The notes below the pieces were generated by a model, which was given only the letters and a program-made list of their open reading frames with translations, made no database searches and had not been told where the DNA came from. The position numbers were made by a program, and so were the translations under genes. From a virus, in IMG/VR virus record IMGVR_UViG_3300028610_001991: a DNA stretch of 64,000 bases; one strand, given 5' to 3'. Of this stretch, positions 1 to 8,861 are shown one piece after another. Each line of letters begins with the position of its first letter. The first letter of the stretch is position 1.

Positions 1-2
1 AA

Positions 3-191
3 ATAATAGTTAGAAATATAAGTGATGGTATTGGTGTAGTAGTTTTCTACAGTATTTGAGTAGTAGTGGTGGTGCTCTATAGTGTTGGTGTAGTACTTAT
101 TTACTACCTGTGGTTCCAATGGTTCCATAGGATTGTTAGTGCAGCACACAAACAAGAGTAGTGATACTAATAATATAATTAACTTTTTCAT
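3..191 (-). CDS. Partial putative lipoprotein/secreted protein with Y/N/T-rich repeats (runs off window start)
   Basis: Manual translation MKKLIILLVSLLLFVCCTNNPMEPLEPQVVNKYYTNTIEHHHYYSNTVENYYTNTITY...; ATGA overlap with upstream gene; signal-peptide-like N-terminus ending in Cys. Confidence 0.6.
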   Translation of the reverse strand, partial: MKKLIILLVSLLLFVCCTNNPMEPLEPQVVNKYYTNTIEHHHYYSNTVENYYTNTITYISNYY

Positions 192-628
192 AATTCCTCC
201 TTCCAGTCCTCTGGATACAATATAAACATTTCTTCTCCTTCTTCTTTTCTAAGAAAAACCCGATTAATACCTGCATTGATTATAAATCTTTTGCATAGTA
301 TACATACCTGAGTATGGCCGTAAATATACAAATCTCCATCGGTACAGTTAACCTCCCCTGCCTGTATAATAGCATTTTGTTCTCCATGTACAGACCTACA
401 GCTTTCGTATCTAGTTCCGGAAGGGATATTGTTCTTTATACGGTAACATCCTTTATACTTTTCATCGCAAGGCTTACAGCCTGCAGGTGTATTGTTATAG
501 CCAGTCCCTTTTATTTTTTTATGTGAATTTACAATAACCGCACCTACATGAGCACGAAGACAGTCAGAACGTAAAGAAGCAGTTCTAGCTATTTCCATGA
601 AGTACTCATCCCAGGATAGTCTATTCAT
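188..628 (-). CDS. dCMP deaminase (ComEB/Cd family)
   Basis: SWDEYFMEIA, VGAVIV, TGYN, HGEQNAI and CxxC zinc motifs; start moved to MNRLSW. Confidence 0.92.
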   Translation of the reverse strand: MNRLSWDEYFMEIARTASLRSDCLRAHVGAVIVNSHKKIKGTGYNNTPAGCKPCDEKYKGCYRIKNNIPSGTRYESCRSVHGEQNAIIQAGEVNCTDGDLYIYGHTQVCILCKRFIINAGINRVFLRKEEGEEMFILYPEDWKEEL

Positions 629-908
629 AAGATTTATCCTTAAAAACAGGATCAAAAACACCCATATCAAAATCATGTATTAACTGTGTAACATTGTAAA
701 ATATGTACCCCGATACTTCTTTACAAAAACCTATTTCTTTAAGAAACACCTCCTTTCCTTCTGAAGGAAAACTAGCATTATTTCCGTTTTCAAATATAAC
801 AGAATTACCTGGATACCCTAAATCATATTCATCATAACAAACACCAATGGTGCCTGCTTTGTTGTCTAAGGTACCTATTCCTAGTTTAACAACGGCCCCT
901 GTCTTCAT
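621..908 (-). CDS. hypothetical protein
   Basis: Co-directional ORF with overlapping junctions. Confidence 0.7.
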   Translation of the reverse strand: MKTGAVVKLGIGTLDNKAGTIGVCYDEYDLGYPGNSVIFENGNNASFPSEGKEVFLKEIGFCKEVSGYIFYNVTQLIHDFDMGVFDPVFKDKSYE

Positions 909-1291
909 TTATTTCCCTTCTCAAAGTACTCTAAGAACTTAATCATAAGGTTAGACGCTTGAGTATCATACAAGTCTTGTGCTTTTAAAAACTCCATAGC
1001 TATTTTTTCCTGTTCAACTTGGAGTGGTAGTTTTCCTGTATTACTTATGCTCGTTTTCCACTGTTTAGAAAAAGACCACGCTACCGGTTTATCGTGTGTG
1101 CGTATATAAGCTTCCAGACCATCATGTAACCCTTTTGAATAGCTAAGTACTACAGTGTTAACGTATCCTATTGGTAAATAGGCTTTTTGTTTAATTTCTG
1201 TTATTATCCAAATGAATAAAGCTATTATTGCTAAGGTGCAGATTACTGCTGTTACTCTAATAACTTTATGGCTTATCTTTATAGTATTCAT
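905..1291 (-). CDS. membrane-anchored hypothetical protein, paralog of 1288-1695
   Basis: N-terminal TM; shares YSxGxHDGxEAYxRT and QEKIAMEFL with neighbour. Confidence 0.75.
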   Translation of the reverse strand: MNTIKISHKVIRVTAVICTLAIIALFIWIITEIKQKAYLPIGYVNTVVLSYSKGLHDGLEAYIRTHDKPVAWSFSKQWKTSISNTGKLPLQVEQEKIAMEFLKAQDLYDTQASNLMIKFLEYFEKGNK

Positions 1292-1695
1292 TTTATCTCC
1301 TTATAATGGTTTATACACTTTAACATATAGTTAGATGCAATAGGGGTCGATAGTCCTTGTTTATCAAGAAATTCCATAGCTATTTTTTCCTGGTCTAACT
1401 GTAGTATTGACGTTTGTATGTTGTCTGTTCGTACTACCCATCGTGACCATTGCGTAGGCGTGCCTCTATACCTAAATGTTCTTGTATATGCTTCAAACCC
1501 ATCATGAATCCCCAGGGAGTAACCAGTTATCATAGCCATCGATTTAACACTTACAAATTTTAAGTGTTCTATCTTTCTGTTGCATTCTTTTATTTCCTTG
1601 TTTTTACTCATTCTGCCTAACGTTATCCCTAGTATCACACAAAGACTTATTATAATAGTGGTGTAAGTTGTTTCTACTATTGTTTTTTTGTTCAT
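1288..1695 (-). CDS. membrane-anchored hypothetical protein, paralog of 905-1291
   Basis: GGAGG RBS before MNKKT; shared motifs with neighbour. Confidence 0.75.
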   Translation of the reverse strand: MNKKTIVETTYTTIIISLCVILGITLGRMSKNKEIKECNRKIEHLKFVSVKSMAMITGYSLGIHDGFEAYTRTFRYRGTPTQWSRWVVRTDNIQTSILQLDQEKIAMEFLDKQGLSTPIASNYMLKCINHYKEIK

Positions 1696-1919
1696 ATATC
1701 CTCCAATAAACACAGGCGATTATAATCAAAATATTTATACTCCCACCCTGGTCCATATTTTTTAAGCTTCTCGTGGATATGATCTTTCTTAATTTCATTA
1801 GTAAGTATTTTATCCTCTATACTATCGGGGCCTATTGTAGCATGAGAAACCCTACCAATAAAATAAAGATAAAAAAGTATAGAGGTAATACACACTATTA
1901 TCACTAATAAGTTTTTCAC
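1692..1919 (-). CDS. small membrane protein
   Basis: N-terminal hydrophobic helix, AGGAGG RBS. Confidence 0.65.
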   Translation of the reverse strand: MKNLLVIIVCITSILFYLYFIGRVSHATIGPDSIEDKILTNEIKKDHIHEKLKKYGPGWEYKYFDYNRLCLLEDI

Positions 1920-1930
1920 GTAGTCCTCCT

Positions 1931-2215
1931 TTAAAATTGGTTTATTTTTTTATTAATTTCTTCTTTTGATAGCTTAGGTACCTCTTCTGTTGTCTCTATA
2001 TCAGTTTTAGGTGAATTAGGTGTATTAGGTTTTTCTGACTGAAAACGTCCGGGTTTAATACCTTGCGCATTTGAAGAAAAGATATTTTCGATATAACTAT
2101 CAAACTGGATTGCTTTCCGAATAGCTTCTTTTATTTTATATGTCTTATTAACGGAACCAATATGTTTGATAATATCTTTATCTCTAACAGCATGAAAAGC
2201 GATTGTAAGTCTCAT
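1931..2215 (-). CDS. ribbon-helix-helix-like DNA-binding protein
   Basis: N-terminal beta strand then DKDII...NKTYKIKEAIRKAI, followed by a low-complexity tail; resembles plasmid partition adaptors. Confidence 0.5.
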   Translation of the reverse strand: MRLTIAFHAVRDKDIIKHIGSVNKTYKIKEAIRKAIQFDSYIENIFSSNAQGIKPGRFQSEKPNTPNSPKTDIETTEEVPKLSKEEINKKINQF

Positions 2216-2559
2216 TACTTTTTAAGTATTTCCCCATTCAACGAAACATTATTAATATTATTTCGTTGAAAAATATCTTTAATTCTGCTTTGCTCAACTT
2301 TACATTTGGCTGCTAGTCTTAAGTCTCCTGCTTCCTCCGCTTTTTCTTTTAAGGTATGTACCTCCCTACAGTAATTAGCTATTCTAAGGGAGTCTCTGTC
2401 CGTAAAATAATCTAGTATTTTATGCATTTGTGTTTCTGCTTGCGCATACATTTTTTTAGTTAATTTCCCAATACCCGGGATTTCCTCAAATAACCAATGT
2501 ATGAGCGAGATTACTTTAAGGATAAGTAAACTAATATAAACTAATACAATCCGATACAT
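2215..2559 (-). CDS. hypothetical membrane protein
   Basis: Co-directional, hydrophobic N-terminus. Confidence 0.6.
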   Translation of the reverse strand: MYRIVLVYISLLILKVISLIHWLFEEIPGIGKLTKKMYAQAETQMHKILDYFTDRDSLRIANYCREVHTLKEKAEEAGDLRLAAKCKVEQSRIKDIFQRNNINNVSLNGEILKK

Positions 2560-3193
2560 TTAATACCTCCATGTTGTTAATTAATACTCTTCTGAGCTTA
2601 CCGTAGAAATTGTGTATAGCCTCTTTACTACAGCTAAACTCTTTACTTAGTTCTGCTTGTGTGACAGCAGGGTTATTTTTTAAGACAGCTAGTGTCTTCT
2701 TAATCTTTATTTTCTGGTTTTTCCACCTCCTCTGATCAGTTATCAATATGTTCTCTAAAGTAGTTAGTATATAAGATAATTCAATTTTATTAAAAAACTT
2801 CACAAACAAATAGTTTGATCCAAAATAAGTATCAATGGTATTATTGAGCTCAGCAGGGTCTCTGTATTCAACATAATTTTTATCATTATGTAACTCCCTC
2901 AACTGGTCTCTACACTCACAGTAAGCTTTAACCTTTATACATCTTTTTATAAAATTGTATATCTCTTTGTTACTTTTCTGTGTATCCACTAGTTTTGTTA
3001 TAATAGATACAAAGTATTCAGAAACACTAGAAATAATAACGTGCCTATCCACATTAAAGGTATTATACTGCAGGCAGGCATAGTCAGCGTAATAGTTAAT
3101 AGAAGAGTAAAAGGCAGAGAATAATTTAGAGAAATACATCTCTTTTTTACTGCTCCTATAGTTATTTATAAGTTGTTTTAAATTGTGATACAC
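2531..3193 (-). CDS. sigma-70-family (ECF-like) sigma factor or related HTH regulator
   Basis: Helical region-2-like N-terminus (LINNY..F..LF..FY..I) and C-terminal HTH (TQAELSKEFSCSKEAIHNFYGKLRR). Confidence 0.55.
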   Translation of the reverse strand: MYHNLKQLINNYRSSKKEMYFSKLFSAFYSSINYYADYACLQYNTFNVDRHVIISSVSEYFVSIITKLVDTQKSNKEIYNFIKRCIKVKAYCECRDQLRELHNDKNYVEYRDPAELNNTIDTYFGSNYLFVKFFNKIELSYILTTLENILITDQRRWKNQKIKIKKTLAVLKNNPAVTQAELSKEFSCSKEAIHNFYGKLRRVLINNMEVLNVSDCISLY

Positions 3194-3209
3194 ACCTTTC
3201 CTCCCCCTA

Positions 3210-4541
3210 TTAATCTAATGCTACTACAGAACTCTCCATATCTTCATCAGATACGAAACCTTTCTTTTTCAAATACTCCACGCCCCTGGGAGTAATCTGT
3301 CTTCCTGTCTTTAATCTATGTATATAACCAAGTCTATATAGTTCAGGCTCAACGATCTTCTCTATATGTCGTGGATCCTCATACGTAAATTGCGCCATAC
3401 TGTTAAGGCCGACTGTTTGTGGGTATATACTAAAGAGATGCTTAAGAATCTTTATATCTGTTTTAGTATACAGTCCATTTTCATCTAAGTCAAGTACATC
3501 AAAAGCTTCCTCTGTAATACCTATATCAATCTCTTTTTTATTATTCTTTATAGCCACCTCTCTAATTGTCGTAGAACATAAGTTAATGGCTATCCTCGGC
3601 ACCCCTTTTGACCTTCGGGCTACTTCCAGCGCAGCTTCATCCGTTATGCTTTCAACAAAGTCTAGTTTAGATATACAGAACTTCACTACCTCCTTTAATT
3701 CTGAAATGGTATAGAGATCAAGAACAAGCTTGTACAAAAATCTATCGTAAACTGGATTAAGTAGACCCCCAGGGTCAGTAGTAGCTCCAATAATCGTAAT
3801 TGGAGTAAATCCAAACCTCTGAGAGTGGTTTCCTTGTTTTACAGTTATAGTTCGGTCCTCTAGGCATGTTAGCAAATTATTTTGAGCTCTTGGCGCTATG
3901 GTGTGGATTTCGTCTATGAATAAAATATTTACGCTATTACGTTTGGAGCATCTTCTTACTAGGTCTAATACATCCGTATCTTTTTGAATATTGTTACCGA
4001 TGGTAGAAATTACATCTACACCAAGCTCATTAGCAATGATCTGAACTAAGGTTGTCTTACCTGTACCGGCCGGTCCGTTAATAAGGATATGCCCTAAAGG
4101 CTGATTTCTGGCTTTAACTGAGTCTATTGCTATCCTGATCTTCTTAATCGAGTCAACCTGGCCAATAAAGTCATCAAATGTTAGGGGCCTTAACTCATTT
4201 ACTGGCTCTAGATTTTCTATTGTTTTTACCGTTCTTTTAGCTTCTCTTTCAGCTTTTTCCTTTTTGCCTTTTTCTCCATACTCAGTATTTTCTTTTCTTC
4301 TTTTGTCCATACAGCCTTTGCACACACTACCCCATCGGTTACGCTTATAAGTATTTAGTAAAGGGGCCATTATTACATCGTCATCTGATACTTCTCTACC
4401 ACATTCTTGACATTTTGTTGTATTTACTGTCACAGACGGGCCTTCTATTTTTGGATGAAGGAAAAGATCAGATGATACTTTTGATGCATCTTTATCGAAA
4501 CTATCACTAAAGGCATGCCCTGCAGTTTCGCCCATTTCCAT
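3210..4541 (-). CDS. ruvB: Holliday junction branch-migration ATPase RuvB with N-terminal Zn-finger extension
   Basis: LRPLTFDDFIGQ, Walker A GPAGTGKTT, Walker B LFIDEIH, IGATT..G.L..P..DRF, RSKGVPRIA, IE.IVEP.L...G.I.R...GR. Confidence 0.93.
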   Translation of the reverse strand: MEMGETAGHAFSDSFDKDASKVSSDLFLHPKIEGPSVTVNTTKCQECGREVSDDDVIMAPLLNTYKRNRWGSVCKGCMDKRRKENTEYGEKGKKEKAEREAKRTVKTIENLEPVNELRPLTFDDFIGQVDSIKKIRIAIDSVKARNQPLGHILINGPAGTGKTTLVQIIANELGVDVISTIGNNIQKDTDVLDLVRRCSKRNSVNILFIDEIHTIAPRAQNNLLTCLEDRTITVKQGNHSQRFGFTPITIIGATTDPGGLLNPVYDRFLYKLVLDLYTISELKEVVKFCISKLDFVESITDEAALEVARRSKGVPRIAINLCSTTIREVAIKNNKKEIDIGITEEAFDVLDLDENGLYTKTDIKILKHLFSIYPQTVGLNSMAQFTYEDPRHIEKIVEPELYRLGYIHRLKTGRQITPRGVEYLKKKGFVSDEDMESSVVALD

Positions 4542-4544
4542 GCG

Positions 4545-4730
4545 TTACCTCCTTATTATAGATTTTTTCTTAGATGTACTATAGTCTTGTTTACAGCTAT
4601 AACATTTCCCTTTATACTTTTCTCCTTTCTGATGTATAAGTTCAAATTCTGTTTCGCATTTTAAACAATTAGCCTTTATCTTTTTTGGTGTGTGGTCCAT
4701 TTCAAGTACAATTATAATTTCTTTGTTCAA
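4545..4730 (-). CDS. small Zn-ribbon protein
   Basis: CLKC...CYSC. Confidence 0.65.
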   Translation of the reverse strand: MNKEIIIVLEMDHTPKKIKANCLKCETEFELIHQKGEKYKGKCYSCKQDYSTSKKKSIIRR

Positions 4731-4960
4731 TGCTTCTTCTTTTTATAATAAACTTCAAACGGATTGAAAACTTGAAGTATATCACCGTTATCAAAACATA
4801 CTTCCCAGAAACGACCTTCACCGACTTCATTAATTGTTTTAACTGTTGTCTTTGGTTCAGTTACCCACTGGCTTTTACCTACTCTGGCTTCCATGTAGTC
4901 TTCACCCGGGCCGGCATAAGTGCCGGGAGTATAATTCCACCTGATATACTCTATTTCCAT
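4727..4960 (-). CDS. hypothetical protein
   Basis: GGAGG RBS before MEIEYIRW. Confidence 0.65.
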   Translation of the reverse strand: MEIEYIRWNYTPGTYAGPGEDYMEARVGKSQWVTEPKTTVKTINEVGEGRFWEVCFDNGDILQVFNPFEVYYKKKKH

Positions 4961-4961
4961 G

Positions 4962-5360
4962 TTACCTCCTAGGGTTTTTAATATTCTTTTTAGATAAATT
5001 CGGTAATAATTCTTTACAGTTGTTTTCACCTGAGTGCTGATTTACTCCTTTTTTTACCGCTACCTTCCACTCCATAATTGTTTTTTCTAATGCTGATTTA
5101 AAGCAGGGTAGTACCTTCTTTTTCCAGAAATCTGTTTCTAAAGGTTCAAATGGTGTGTCTTCTATACGCTCCTTACACTCATACAGACTACACGAAGAAG
5201 GTATAGGGTTGCTCATATAAGATATAAACTCAAATGATTTAAAATCAATGCGATTTATATGTATTGTTATAGCTGTACCACTCTTTTTGTCTAGTAGATG
5301 CCCTGTCATTAAGTGTGGTTGAACATAGTTCCATATAATCTTTTTAATTAAATGTTGCAT
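4962..5360 (-). CDS. hypothetical protein
   Basis: Co-directional ORF. Confidence 0.6.
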   Translation of the reverse strand: MQHLIKKIIWNYVQPHLMTGHLLDKKSGTAITIHINRIDFKSFEFISYMSNPIPSSCSLYECKERIEDTPFEPLETDFWKKKVLPCFKSALEKTIMEWKVAVKKGVNQHSGENNCKELLPNLSKKNIKNPRR

Positions 5361-5371
5361 AGCTTTTCCTA

Positions 5372-5551
5372 TTAATGGTAGATTTGCCCTGTTAAGTCTG
5401 CTATATCAGAGGCAAGATCAGCAAATGCTTTTTCATCGTAAGCCAATGCATGTTTCTTGCTATCTACTTGTTTATTAGCAGCAAGCATACCCTCTCTGCG
5501 GGTAATTAATTCTTCTAACTGAATACGAATATCTAATAGTCTTTCTTCCAT
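5372..5551 (-). CDS. 59-aa hypothetical protein (not in ORF track)
   Basis: MEERLLDIRIQLEELITRREGMLAANKQ...; TAATG overlap with HNH gene, GGAGG RBS. Confidence 0.65.
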   Translation of the reverse strand: MEERLLDIRIQLEELITRREGMLAANKQVDSKKHALAYDEKAFADLASDIADLTGQIYH

Positions 5552-6150
5552 TATAAACTTCCTCCTTCTTTAATAATCTGGGTTACTGCTTTTTCAAAAG
5601 GCATATCATACTTAGTGATGCGTTTATGTAAAGTTTGATATTTAATATTAAAATAAGTAGCCCACTCTTTTATGTTTTTTGTTACGCCCCTGTATGTTAT
5701 CATTTTTTTATTATGCGTCACCCCTCTACGTGTAAAGTTTAGTTTTGTAGTAAGTGCTTTTTCCACAGACCACCCTTCTTTTAGACGTTTAGATAAGGTA
5801 GCTACGTTAATATTATAATTTTCAGCCCATTCTGCTAAGCATAATGCTTTACCCTTATACTTAATAAATCTATTTTGTCTCGTATTTCGCTGTTGTTCTT
5901 TTGTGGTTGCCCATTTACAGTTTTTTTTACAATAAGACTTACTATTGTCTATACGATCTAATGTCATATTTTTAGGGCGTTCTCCCATATCTTTAAGAAA
6001 CATTATAAAAGAAGTCAACCAATGTGTACATACTGTAATACCTCTTCCCCCGTACCTATGGTAGTCTTTTCTTTTAGTGTCATTGCATCGCCGTTTCATA
6101 TTAATCCAAGTAAAGTACGTAGGTGTATTTCTGTAACCATGTTTTTCCAT
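5551..6150 (-). CDS. HNH homing endonuclease
   Basis: WINMKRRC..YHRYGGRGITVC..W..F..F..DMG.RP...TLDRIDN...Y...NCKWAT..EQ.RN; repeated C-terminal DNA-binding modules. Confidence 0.9.
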   Translation of the reverse strand: MEKHGYRNTPTYFTWINMKRRCNDTKRKDYHRYGGRGITVCTHWLTSFIMFLKDMGERPKNMTLDRIDNSKSYCKKNCKWATTKEQQRNTRQNRFIKYKGKALCLAEWAENYNINVATLSKRLKEGWSVEKALTTKLNFTRRGVTHNKKMITYRGVTKNIKEWATYFNIKYQTLHKRITKYDMPFEKAVTQIIKEGGSL

Positions 6151-6194
6151 AAGGGCCTCTTTAAAACTGTATAACTGTTATAAACATTATAACT

Positions 6195-6314
6195 TTAAAA
6201 TAGATGTATGTCAGATTGATCAAGTAATTTAAGTACCATTGCACTGGAATCTTTACCTCCGGAGAAAGAAACGAGTATCTTATCATAGTCATTAAGATCG
6301 TTAAAAAGCTGCAT
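6195..6314 (-). pseudogene. N-terminal stub of a PAPS-reductase/PP-loop family gene
   Basis: AGGAG RBS then MQLFNDLNDYDKILVSFSGGKDSSAMVLKLLDQSDIHLF*; intact SFSGGKDS PP-loop, stop after 39 aa just before the HNH gene. Confidence 0.75.
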
Positions 6315-6328
6315 AACTTCTCCTATAC

Positions 6329-6790
6329 TTACTTTCTCTGCTTTTCTTTTATTTTATAAGGTTCACGGCGTTTTTCTATAAATATATCATGTTTCTTTTT
6401 ATAATAAGTATTATAAACTTTTAAATAATTTGAGTATAGCTTTGCACTGCAAGTATCAATATGCCGTCTCAAGTTTCGTATTTCCCCAATTGCTTCTAAT
6501 ATACCTGGTTGTGCTCTCATTGCTTCAACGATTAACTCTTCGCTACGTATGTCATAATACTTATCAAGTAGTGCTTTACCCTGCTTAGCATCCGGATTAA
6601 GGATTACTTCTGCAACCATCCCTTCTAGTTCTACTATTTGTTTACGATCGTAGTATATCTCCTTCTGCATGTTACTAGTTCGTTTAGTTAATACTGATAT
6701 TTCTTTTTTCTGATGAAGGTAAATATAACCAATAGAGATGTACAACCCAGTCAGATAAATAAAACTTATGATAGTTATTTTCTTAATCAT
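6329..6790 (-). CDS. membrane-anchored coiled-coil hypothetical protein
   Basis: N-terminal TM then coiled coil. Confidence 0.65.
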   Translation of the reverse strand: MIKKITIISFIYLTGLYISIGYIYLHQKKEISVLTKRTSNMQKEIYYDRKQIVELEGMVAEVILNPDAKQGKALLDKYYDIRSEELIVEAMRAQPGILEAIGEIRNLRRHIDTCSAKLYSNYLKVYNTYYKKKHDIFIEKRREPYKIKEKQRK

Positions 6791-7013
6791 TTCTTATATT
6801 CCTTTTACAAAAATCATAATAGTAATCAGCCTCTTCACTACACCCTTGTACACCACATATCTGCTCTATAGCTGTTTCACTTATTCTGTGTTCATCAACA
6901 AGATGTGCGTGGTTAGAACATAGTTGAGTCCAGTACCTAAAAGCGGTACCTTTTTCTTCTACCCAGTCATCAAGTATAAGGTCAATTTCTTTACCTTTAA
7001 TTTGTAATAACAC
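6783..7013 (-). CDS. hypothetical protein
   Basis: Co-directional ORF with Cys/His cluster. Confidence 0.6.
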   Translation of the reverse strand: MLLQIKGKEIDLILDDWVEEKGTAFRYWTQLCSNHAHLVDEHRISETAIEQICGVQGCSEEADYYYDFCKRNIRND

Positions 7014-7509
7014 TCAAAGCCTCCTTAAACTCTATTAGCTCATTTTTAATTAAAGGGTTGCAGTTATTACATATTTCAACGTGATACTCCTTGCCTACTT
7101 TAATCTCAAATGCCTCATTTTTTTGTGGGTATAGCCATGTAATAACACGACCACACCGGTTACATAGCACAGGTGCGGATACTCTACTGAGTATCTTATG
7201 CTCGCATTTCCCGCAATGATGCAAAGACCATATTGCATCAGGATCTATTTTATTTAATTCTATACGTACACCGATACGATCTACAAGAAATACTAGTTTA
7301 GGCATAGCAACGCGACTAATTATCCTTGCACATTTTTCACAACGTAGGGTTATCTGAGCAAGATGTATAAACATAACGCTTATATAGGGTATTTTAGGCT
7401 GATGCTTTTCTTCTGCTATAAGAAAATATTTATCTCTCTTATAACGAATATATCCGATTACTTTATTGTTATACTTCTGTTTTAAATACGCAGGTAGGTA
7501 TGTAATCAT
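6997..7509 (-). CDS. multi-CxxC Zn-binding protein
   Basis: Four CxxC pairs. Confidence 0.65.
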   Translation of the reverse strand: MITYLPAYLKQKYNNKVIGYIRYKRDKYFLIAEEKHQPKIPYISVMFIHLAQITLRCEKCARIISRVAMPKLVFLVDRIGVRIELNKIDPDAIWSLHHCGKCEHKILSRVSAPVLCNRCGRVITWLYPQKNEAFEIKVGKEYHVEICNNCNPLIKNELIEFKEALSVITN

Positions 7510-7607
7510 CCCTTTTCCTCCATGCTTGTTTAACTAAACCTTCAAATGTCCAACCTAATTCAAGATGTACTTTAATATCATATTCTTTGAAGTTATCTTT
7601 ACCCGTA

Positions 7608-7862
7608 TTATTCCTCGAATGAAAACTGATCTATCGGATAAGGTATATCACCTCCTATAGGGAATCCCCAGGCATCAATGAATTTAGGAAATTTATTATT
7701 AGTTTCGTGATACACTTTTAATGCACCTGCTAGACTGTCATCTTTATAAATACTCATTGTTCCTTCTTCACCTTTGTCAACAGCCACTTCAAACCAGATA
7801 CCTTTCTTAAGACTAACTGGTTGATTATTACATGTTAGATTAGGTGTTATTTTTATCTGCAT
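7608..7862 (-). CDS. hypothetical protein
   Basis: GAGGGG RBS, co-directional. Confidence 0.65.
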   Translation of the reverse strand: MQIKITPNLTCNNQPVSLKKGIWFEVAVDKGEEGTMSIYKDDSLAGALKVYHETNNKFPKFIDAWGFPIGGDIPYPIDQFSFEE

Positions 7863-7975
7863 AGTTACCCCTCAGTAAATATAGCTTTCTCGATACCATG
7901 ATGTATAAATACAACTTTTTACTGTGCTAATTCCTTTTTGTTTATGCTTTTAAAAAGTTATTGGTAGCTTTTTGC

Positions 7976-8170
7976 TTAGTATTTCAAATGAGAAAAATGG
8001 GTTAGGACATTATACATCCTCAATGTTTCTTCTATTTTTTGTTCAAGCATATCAAGCTCAGCAAGTAAATCATAAAAATGTATCACTTTATCCATTATTT
8101 TTATCTCCTCAGAGTTTTTTTTAAAGTCTTCATTATTTCTTTGTCGGTGAATTACAGTCAAGATAATCAT
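7976..8170 (-). CDS. hypothetical protein
   Basis: Co-directional ORF. Confidence 0.5.
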   Translation of the reverse strand: MIILTVIHRQRNNEDFKKNSEEIKIMDKVIHFYDLLAELDMLEQKIEETLRMYNVLTHFSHLKY

Positions 8171-8174
8171 CCAC

Positions 8175-8852
8175 TCATCTAATTACTTCCTTAATAAAGC
8201 GTATTTTATTAGGGGAATAACACTTCCTACAATTGATACAGCCGCCCTCCTTAACACCTTTACAGTTAATTTTTATACGTTTATGGCCTGCAAGAAAATC
8301 TTTGGTATACACAGAAAAGATTTTGTCAAATTGTTTAGGTACAACGGGCATAGGATCGTTAATTGTGGGATTAGAGTAGATATAGATTATATTTTTAGGC
8401 TTAAACTTTAAGTGCTGTGCTGTAACAATATCTAAGCGTTTTGTCCAAAAACCGAATATTGTTTTTGGATTTTTACGAGCAATATTTAGATAGTTTTTCA
8501 TATGAGTTAGGTTTAACAATTCTCCATGAGCACTAAACCGGAGTATAGGCTTACAAATTACAGGTAATATATTTTCCGGAAGAACATTAGATGATAATAA
8601 TTTAGAATTATATTCAAATGCTAATACGCAACTAGCTCTTAGTCCTTTTAACATTTTTCGGGAATAACAATAAGCACAGATAGTATTTGTTTGAGAGCGG
8701 TTACAACAAAATGGATTTGTAAGCGAGTTAGTATTTATTGACCACATATTTCTCATCTTACCACTCATATCTTGTGTTACCCATACCCAGCTATTCTTTT
8801 TTGCGTATACTAGTGCATGTGCTATTTTATTAGGTATTAAAACTTGTTGCAT
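8175..8852 (-). CDS. Gp88-like (radical-SAM-like Cys-cluster) phage protein
   Basis: NPFC...ICAYCYS, RFSAHGEL, NP.T.F..WTKR, C-terminal C...CINCRKCY. Confidence 0.7.
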   Translation of the reverse strand: MQQVLIPNKIAHALVYAKKNSWVWVTQDMSGKMRNMWSINTNSLTNPFCCNRSQTNTICAYCYSRKMLKGLRASCVLAFEYNSKLLSSNVLPENILPVICKPILRFSAHGELLNLTHMKNYLNIARKNPKTIFGFWTKRLDIVTAQHLKFKPKNIIYIYSNPTINDPMPVVPKQFDKIFSVYTKDFLAGHKRIKINCKGVKEGGCINCRKCYSPNKIRFIKEVIR

Positions 8853-8861
8853 ACGGTCTCC

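Noticed and set aside
5551-6314. Group I intron carrying the HNH gene
   Set aside because: No room for intron core structure: the HNH stop overlaps the next gene's start and no second exon of the PP-loop gene follows.
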